Assembly: GCA_027317865.1 (NCBI GenBank)
Contig: DAHVQG010000004.1
Location: 1-64,000, forward strand
Direction: 5' to 3'
From: Bdellovibrionales bacterium
Lineage (GTDB): Bacteria; Bdellovibrionota; Bdellovibrionia; Bdellovibrionales; UBA1609
DNA length: 64,000 bases
The notes beneath the pieces were generated by a model. That model had not been told where the DNA came from, did no database searches, and saw nothing but the letters and a program-made list of their open reading frames with translations. Shown piece by piece: positions 57,697 to 64,000 of this stretch (position 1 is the stretch's first letter; the number at the start of each line of letters is the position of its first letter). A program made the position numbers and the translations under genes.

Positions 57697-58689
57697 CTAA
57701 AACGCAATCAACAACACAAAGGCGAGGTTACCGATAAATGCCAATGACGTAATGAGCGGCTGACGCCGCTTTTGCGCTTCTGTCGGCTCGTTGTCATTGA
57801 GTTGATAAAGTTCAACCGCCAAATTTTTCGTAAGATCAGGTTGCAGCCCGTACGCCTTTTGCAACCGTTCAAATTCCGCCGGCACACGCACCAGCGCTCC
57901 TTCTTTGATTTTCGCCCCGGTTTGGCGCCGGTCGATTTGAATCGTAATGACCTGCTTGTCGACTTTTGTGACGACACCCTCGGCGTATACTTGAATGTTA
58001 AGTCCGGATTGAAAAACCGGCTTTAAACCAATCGCTCCCACGCGAATGAGTTGCACGTCGTCACCTTTAGAGATTTGCGAGTTTGCGCCAATCCGCGCCT
58101 TTGCCATGAGGTTGTCGTTTTCAACGTACGTGGCATGGCCGATAAGCGGGTCAACAATGACGTAGCCCTGATACGGTATCGACGCGATAAATTGATATAA
58201 CAATTTATCGGCCGCTGACCCGAATTGCCGGGACATCGGCAATGCGGGCGATAGCGCAATTTTGCCACTCCACAAAGTCAGTCCATTCGTTGTTTCATAA
58301 ACCCGCATGTTGAGGACATGTTCTTTGAGAAAAACGGTAACCAGCGCATCCGCCTCAAGCAGCCGTCCCAGAATGATCGCGTCCGCCGGCAGCAACTTGC
58401 CGCGCGGCTGAAACACTTCTTTGGCCTTCATAAAATCACGGCTTGCAACCAAAAAACGTTTCGTCTCGGTCAGTTTCTCGCGTACCGACCACCACGAATT
58501 AACAGCCGCATTCTGCAAATCCTTATCTTTACTTTCAGTTTCGGCCTCAAAGGGGAAAACAACAATCCGACTAATGTGTTCGTGTTCAAAAGTGGCAAAA
58601 GCGCTCGTCGACGAAAACAAAAATAGGGGCAAAATGAAAAATGCGGCAAAGACAAAGCTTTTGAGCCGGTTTGAAAGAGCGATAGCCAT
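57697..58689 (-). CDS. Exported hypothetical protein (CsgG/FlgT-like alpha/beta domain plus a C-terminal TM)
   Basis: Signal peptide ending SAFA; IVVFPF...LGRLLEADALV pattern. Confidence 0.6.
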   Translation of the reverse strand: MAIALSNRLKSFVFAAFFILPLFLFSSTSAFATFEHEHISRIVVFPFEAETESKDKDLQNAAVNSWWSVREKLTETKRFLVASRDFMKAKEVFQPRGKLLPADAIILGRLLEADALVTVFLKEHVLNMRVYETTNGLTLWSGKIALSPALPMSRQFGSAADKLLYQFIASIPYQGYVIVDPLIGHATYVENDNLMAKARIGANSQISKGDDVQLIRVGAIGLKPVFQSGLNIQVYAEGVVTKVDKQVITIQIDRRQTGAKIKEGALVRVPAEFERLQKAYGLQPDLTKNLAVELYQLNDNEPTEAQKRRQPLITSLAFIGNLAFVLLIAF

Positions 58690-58700
58690 CTTACTTGACG

Positions 58701-59603
58701 TTACCAGACGATATTTTCTTTGGGAATCTCTATCCAGCCCGCTCCAGACGGAAAGTCACGTGGCCGCTTCTCGCATTGGCCCCTAAATTTCAACACACCC
58801 GTTAACGCGCAAATAAAAGCGTCAAACGCATTTGGATTTTCGACCATTAGACGTACGTCTTGCTCATACAAAAATGCGATTTCACGGCGAACCATTTCTT
58901 TGAGAATCGCCATTCTCGCGTCGCTTCCGCCGATTTGATGTTTATGAAAACGTAGATAAGATTTTTGAATGTGCAACGCGTGTCCAATTCTCCACAAGCT
59001 GAGCTGCGGCTGCACTTCGATCGCTTTGAGCTTGAGCCGGCGGCGAATGAAAAATGCGCGAGCCAAAAGCGGGGCCATATTCGCGCCGAAGCTGTGCTGA
59101 ATTTGAAAATCGGCATTACGAAGATCCTCAAATTGATCGGAAACAAACCGCTCCACACAACGTTCGGTGTAAGGAGTAAATAGTTTATGTTTGCGATTTT
59201 TCGCTTCGTGTTTACGGTAATGTTGCCAAAGCCAAAGTATTTCGTCTTCTTGGCAAGCTTCGTATCCCGGGCATTTCAACCGGCAACGCAAGCATTTCGG
59301 GAGTGTTAATGGCACGTTAAACCCGATCACTTCGGTTTTCACACGGCTACGTGAAATCATTTCGTGCAAAACTAAATCAGCCGATAAGTCGCCCTCGCTC
59401 TTAATGCGATCGGCGATATCGCTTAAAAAAATCTTTTTGTGCTCCGGGTAATATTCGACATGCGCCAGACACGTACGATCGGATTTGCCTCCCGAAAGCG
59501 AAACGCCGATAAAACCGTGACGCTTAAGAGATCGCTCTAACCAAGCGCCGGTTGTGGGTTTGCTGGCCGGATGTTTATCGGTTGAAATCCGTTTTTTCGA
59601 CAT
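58701..59603 (-). CDS. DUF429-like RNase H-fold protein
   Basis: FIGVSLSG, GFNVPL, IEVQP, FDAFICALTG, GWIEIP. Confidence 0.65.
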   Translation of the reverse strand: MSKKRISTDKHPASKPTTGAWLERSLKRHGFIGVSLSGGKSDRTCLAHVEYYPEHKKIFLSDIADRIKSEGDLSADLVLHEMISRSRVKTEVIGFNVPLTLPKCLRCRLKCPGYEACQEDEILWLWQHYRKHEAKNRKHKLFTPYTERCVERFVSDQFEDLRNADFQIQHSFGANMAPLLARAFFIRRRLKLKAIEVQPQLSLWRIGHALHIQKSYLRFHKHQIGGSDARMAILKEMVRREIAFLYEQDVRLMVENPNAFDAFICALTGVLKFRGQCEKRPRDFPSGAGWIEIPKENIVW

Positions 59604-60610
59604 TCTTGGCGGATCCTCTCATGTTGCGACCGCTCCGCCCAAACTAACACGCATCCCCCACCGCCGGCGCCACAAATCTTAATGGCTTGCGCGCCGTGTT
59701 CAACCGTCAGCCTTTTTAACTGTTCAATCTCAGGACTGGTAAACGAAGCCGTGAGTCGAATTCGAGCTTCGAGCTCCTGCTGAAATAAATCCGGCATTAG
59801 ATTCCACTTTTGCTCGCGACAGGCATTGGCGACACGGTCCGAAACCTTCGCTATGTCTTTAAGCGCTGCAAGCGTTTTCGCATCACCGTCAATTACCGAT
59901 TTGATGACTTCCCAATTGTTGATTCCCGAATGATGGGCTCTCCCCGTATAAACAAGTATAAGATGGTCAAAAATTGGTTCAACCGGTATTGGTAGCTGTT
60001 CAAGGCGTACCCCGGCGGCACTGTAGTGAATTAAATTAAACCCCGATTGTATAGCCGGAAAGTAATCTTGTGTTCCGGTCGGCGTTCGAATAACTTTTGC
60101 CTCAAGATTAGACGCGAGGGTCACCATTTCATAAAGCGAAAGTTTAATGTCAAGCCATGAACAAAAAGCTTTTATCAAGCTAATACACAAACTGCTGGAC
60201 CCACCAAGCCCGCCGCCTACCGGACTCTGCGAATACGTTTTTATACGAAAACCGCTCGTGCTCTTGCTGTTCGAATAAAAATATTCGGAAATGGTCTGAA
60301 CGAGCTTTAATTCCGGGTCGTTCGCTGAAAAAAGCGCTCTTGCGTTTTCAAACGATCGACGAAAATTTAAATCGGTCATTTCGATTTCAACCGTGGGTTT
60401 GGCCAATGGTTCAAGTTCGCAGCCGGTGGTGACATCGATGGCTAGGTTGACCGTCACGCAGTCGCCAACAAAAAGATACAATGGCCAACAATCGAGCGTA
60501 CCGCCGGCAAGATCCACGCGCGTCGGCGATTGAATAGCCAAAATACGGCGCTGATCTGCCACTCGCTTTTGACCGGGCTTCTGCAATTGCGCGGGAGCGC
60601 CGGGTTTCAT
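59537..60610 (-). CDS. GHMP family sugar kinase (HddA-like)
   Basis: PTRVDLAGGTLD, PVGGGLGGSS, GTQD, KICGAGGGG. Confidence 0.88.
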   Translation of the reverse strand: MKPGAPAQLQKPGQKRVADQRRILAIQSPTRVDLAGGTLDCWPLYLFVGDCVTVNLAIDVTTGCELEPLAKPTVEIEMTDLNFRRSFENARALFSANDPELKLVQTISEYFYSNSKSTSGFRIKTYSQSPVGGGLGGSSSLCISLIKAFCSWLDIKLSLYEMVTLASNLEAKVIRTPTGTQDYFPAIQSGFNLIHYSAAGVRLEQLPIPVEPIFDHLILVYTGRAHHSGINNWEVIKSVIDGDAKTLAALKDIAKVSDRVANACREQKWNLMPDLFQQELEARIRLTASFTSPEIEQLKRLTVEHGAQAIKICGAGGGGCVLVWAERSQHERIRQECRKNGFQPINIRPANPQPALG

Positions 60611-62121
60611 TTTCTGCCTTTGACGATTTTGGTCTCGTGTACAACTCCAATTGCGGTTTTCGAACCTGCCGGCGAAGATGCCGGCTTTTTTGGAGTTAAG
60701 AAATTCGGAACATTTTCAACCATATTTTTGTTTACCAAATCGTCCAATGTCGCTTGTGTTACAGCAAAATATTCATTCGAAGCGCTACTCTTACACGCAT
60801 AGTACTCAATTTTTGCGGTTTTGTTCAACTTATCGGTCACACTCCCGCCGAATTGCAGTCGATAAATCACCTTTCCGCTTTTATTTTTTATCACAACTTC
60901 GTTTTCTTTGAGCGCCTCCGGAACATTATATTTCAAAAATTTCGCCGCTCTCAATCCTCGTAGATAAGCTAAAAAGTCGCGCACCCCGACCTGGTTGACT
61001 TCCTTTTTAGGATTAGGCGTGTGAAGTTGCCAATTGCCGTTTACCTTATCCAGCGCGATGTATACCGGTTTAACCGGTTTTGCGCCTTTATGCCCGGTCG
61101 CCGCATCCGTAACGCGTTTGTATATCAAATGTGCCGCTTGAGTTTCATTAAATGCAAAAACATATTTCAGGTCCCGCAAATCATCGATGCTTTTAAGTAG
61201 CGGTTTCGCCTTACTTGAATCCATTTCGTAAATGGCCGGATTATCCGAAGCGTACCAATGAAGTTCGCTGTTCTTTGGTCCGCTGATTTCAATTTTGTGA
61301 AACGATTTGGGAGGGTTATTGTATGCCACCTCGAGCTCGATCTCCGGACTTATTAAACCATATTTTTGCAAATCGGACCGCGTCTTTGTATCAGACGCAA
61401 CTGTATCGGCCACGATATCGCGAATGGCGTTTATCCAAACATTGACCTTGTTTTTCGAAAGTCGAACTTCAGGTAACGCTGGGTCCACCCACTCACCCTT
61501 TTTTTCAACTATTGTAAAGTCGAGCCGTTTGCCTTTGAAAAAAGAACGAATTTTTACGAAGTGTAAATTGGCTCCTGACAATTCCGGTTTCATAAAACGA
61601 AAATCGTCGGCTCTTTTTTGAAGAATCGTATCCCAACCGCGATACCCCACCAAAAGTGCCGGTTCGTCGTCGCGGCGCAAGTAATAGCCATCGTCGTAAG
61701 TTCGCACGCGTCCGATTTTTAACGATTGCGTCTTACCGTCCGCAAAATGAAATTTAAACGTATATTCTGGAGTGACTAAACCAAATTTCGACCAATCCAC
61801 CGGCGTTTTACCTTTTTCGGCTATCGCAAACGGCTGGCTAAAAATACTTGAAAGAGTGGATTGCACGGCACTCTCATTGGCAAGATCCGAGAAAGGCGCG
61901 ACGACGTGCCATTTTGCACCCACCTTTTTTAATTTATACGAGTCTTTTGAACTCCGCATGTCGAATTCAACGACGTTATTCGACGCGAGGGAGTGAAAAA
62001 GCTTTGCGTTAGCCGTTTTTTCTTTCGCTTCGTGTTTACTGTGTTTATATTGCCACAGAGCCAGTCCCACAACGGCAGCGACAAAAACCGCAAAAATTAA
62101 GGTGCCGCGAAAGCCCTTCAT
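60607..62121 (-). CDS. DUF4340 domain protein
   Basis: N-terminal TM; repeated (F/Y)GLxxP modules; follows a GldG-like gene. Confidence 0.82.
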   Translation of the reverse strand: MKGFRGTLIFAVFVAAVVGLALWQYKHSKHEAKEKTANAKLFHSLASNNVVEFDMRSSKDSYKLKKVGAKWHVVAPFSDLANESAVQSTLSSIFSQPFAIAEKGKTPVDWSKFGLVTPEYTFKFHFADGKTQSLKIGRVRTYDDGYYLRRDDEPALLVGYRGWDTILQKRADDFRFMKPELSGANLHFVKIRSFFKGKRLDFTIVEKKGEWVDPALPEVRLSKNKVNVWINAIRDIVADTVASDTKTRSDLQKYGLISPEIELEVAYNNPPKSFHKIEISGPKNSELHWYASDNPAIYEMDSSKAKPLLKSIDDLRDLKYVFAFNETQAAHLIYKRVTDAATGHKGAKPVKPVYIALDKVNGNWQLHTPNPKKEVNQVGVRDFLAYLRGLRAAKFLKYNVPEALKENEVVIKNKSGKVIYRLQFGGSVTDKLNKTAKIEYYACKSSASNEYFAVTQATLDDLVNKNMVENVPNFLTPKKPASSPAGSKTAIGVVHETKIVKGRK

Positions 62122-63662
62122 AAGCTACGTCTCCGATACCAGAAAAAGCCGCTTAAGATGATAAAGAAAAGCGGCAATCCGAGACCCGACAATAAAAATA
62201 TAATTTGGTTGGTAGACGTCAGTTCAAGCGGCGTGGCCGTGGGTGTTCGAGGTCGAATCGAAATATTGGTCAAATCGTCGGCAAGCCACGCGACCGAGTT
62301 CATCGCTAAATCTTGATTCGCGCCAAAGCGAAAAAATGAATTATCGGTAAAATCGCTATCGCCAAACACCACCGCCTCAAAATTCTTTTGATATGTTGTG
62401 GGTGTTTTTGCACCCGAATCCAACTGGCCATGCGCTGCAACGGCTAGTGTAACAACTCTGTGCTGTGGGTTTGCCATAGGTTTCGGATTATTGCTCACGT
62501 AGGCTTCGGGTGATGTTTTCACAATAGGCGTGAGCGTCAACCCCGACGGCGCATTGTGCATGGGCGTCACTTCGCTCGCAACTAAGAATATTGAACCCAT
62601 AACTCGCCCGCCAATATAAAACTTCTTGGTGATTGGGTTGTTGCGGTCGTATTCAGCGCCAAGTGCGGCAAGCGGCCCTAATTCGTTGAGTTGTTCAAAT
62701 TCGTTAATCACGTAGTTATTGTGAAATTCGATTCCAAAAGCGTTCGTCAATTGTGCGAGATTATCTTGCGTACCCGGGTCAATACAAATCATGAGCCGGC
62801 CACCGGCCATTGCAAACTTGCGTAATTCACCGATTTCAGCGGGGAGATAAGGACTGGTCGGGCCATCAATCACCACGACGCCTGGTGGAGTGGGCAATTT
62901 ATCGCCTTTCATCAGATCAATTTGCGCTACTTTATAACCTTCGTTACGAAGCTCTTTGGCAAACCCACTGATATTACCACTTTGATTGCCGTCGATACTG
63001 CGCTCACCGTGACCCGTTAAGAAGTAAATCGTTTTTTGTTGTTTTGCTTCAACACGCAAAATTGCCGAAGTCGTTTGTTGCTCGCCATAGGGAGCATTAA
63101 TTTCAACACGCCGGCCTTCGTAATCGGCAATAACCGCAAACTGCTGATGTTCAAGATATTGTCGAGCTAAACTCGGGTGAGTGAGCGCGTTAACAAATTT
63201 CAATTTAACTTTACCGCTTGCGTCCAAATACTTTTCGAAATTCGCCCGTAGCTGAACGCGCAGCTGCTGATTTTCTCCGCTACGATAAAATACCAAAAGA
63301 TTTAAATCGTGTTTGAGGTGCGCCAATGCCGTAAGCGATTGGTCTGAAAGCGTGTTGATTTTGTTCCGGGTCATATCGAAGGTGTGATCAAATTGCACAC
63401 CCAAAAAATTGACCGCAACGATCAGAATAAACGCGAGGAGAATTATCACTCCCATATTCATCCCGTGCTTCGTCGTTTTCATCGTGAAAAATTCAAGATA
63501 GAATTTATAATCGACGATCAGAGCAAGGACGATGGCCGCAAGGCCCAAAAAAAATGGAATGTACAAATAATCGATCCACCCTTGCAGAATAAGCCGGGCC
63601 ACCAACATAATAAGAAGCGAAAGCCCGCCGACGAGATAACTGATTTTGCCCCACTTGCTCAT
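62118..63662 (-). CDS. GldG family ABC-transporter-associated protein
   Basis: DMTRNKINTLS, IYFLTGHGE, VFGDSDF, NSVAWL; C-terminal TM and RRR. Confidence 0.88.
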   Translation of the reverse strand: MSKWGKISYLVGGLSLLIMLVARLILQGWIDYLYIPFFLGLAAIVLALIVDYKFYLEFFTMKTTKHGMNMGVIILLAFILIVAVNFLGVQFDHTFDMTRNKINTLSDQSLTALAHLKHDLNLLVFYRSGENQQLRVQLRANFEKYLDASGKVKLKFVNALTHPSLARQYLEHQQFAVIADYEGRRVEINAPYGEQQTTSAILRVEAKQQKTIYFLTGHGERSIDGNQSGNISGFAKELRNEGYKVAQIDLMKGDKLPTPPGVVVIDGPTSPYLPAEIGELRKFAMAGGRLMICIDPGTQDNLAQLTNAFGIEFHNNYVINEFEQLNELGPLAALGAEYDRNNPITKKFYIGGRVMGSIFLVASEVTPMHNAPSGLTLTPIVKTSPEAYVSNNPKPMANPQHRVVTLAVAAHGQLDSGAKTPTTYQKNFEAVVFGDSDFTDNSFFRFGANQDLAMNSVAWLADDLTNISIRPRTPTATPLELTSTNQIIFLLSGLGLPLFFIILSGFFWYRRRSL

Positions 63663-63665
63663 GAA

Positions 63666-64000
63666 TTACCTCCAACGAGACGATTCAACGACACGTTGAC
63701 TTAAAAACACAAAGAACGCTGTTGATGAAATGAAAAATACGCAGGAACTGACTTTGATCATTCCTTTTAAGAAATTCACTAGATGTTGACCGACTGAAAT
63801 ATACGTCGCAAACGACGACCACCACTGTATGCTCGAACCCGCACCCGTTTGGCCGATAAACCAAATCAAAAGGTTAAAAACAACGCCCATAAACACCGCG
63901 AGCATAGCCGACTCCGTTAGAGACGACGCAAATAAACCGGCCGCCGAATAAAGACCAGTTAAAAGCCAAATCCCTAAGTACAATACCAAAAGAGTTACCC
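63666..64000 (-). CDS. ABC-2/GldF-like permease, 5' end beyond the window
   Basis: GLFASSLTES, HLVNFLKG, VESSRWR terminus. Confidence 0.85.
   Translation of the reverse strand, partial: VTLLVLYLGIWLLTGLYSAAGLFASSLTESAMLAVFMGVVFNLLIWFIGQTGAGSSIQWWSSFATYISVGQHLVNFLKGMIKVSSCVFFISSTAFFVFLSQRVVESSRWR

Overview
A 64 kb bacterial chromosomal segment. Gene content and style suggest Bdellovibrionota: GldG/DUF4340 and AgmX-like genes, an RCC1 surface lipoprotein, a membrane PilZ protein and sigma28-like promoters (inferred, not a database result). Bases 1-1.5 kb are the right end of an integrative element (excisionase-like HTH plus tyrosine integrase). Its boundary abuts what looks like the 3' half of a fibronectin type III gene. 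Bases 1.8-21.4 kb hold mainly envelope, secreted and transport genes plus pgsA, glpX and grxC. Bases 21.4-35.4 kb form one tightly coupled minus-strand run: purM-hyp-purB-purC-purS-purQ-purL-purF-ppk1-sixA-ppx-MFS. Core clusters follow: iscS-mnmA-mtaB-rnc-der-NSS transporter, tsaE, tmk-holB-tatD-gap-pgk-tpiA, secG, a SplB-like radical SAM gene and a Gld-type ABC cluster. I found no rRNA, tRNA or CRISPR array. The most notable signals are (1) apparent integration into an FN3 gene, (2) many short tandem duplications of different ages that create in-frame insertions in core enzymes, (3) a shared C-[SA]-x-x-L motif after the signal peptide of unrelated secreted proteins, and (4) sigma28-like boxes 7-8 nt upstream of ATG starts. 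All calls come from reading motifs by eye; no searches were run.
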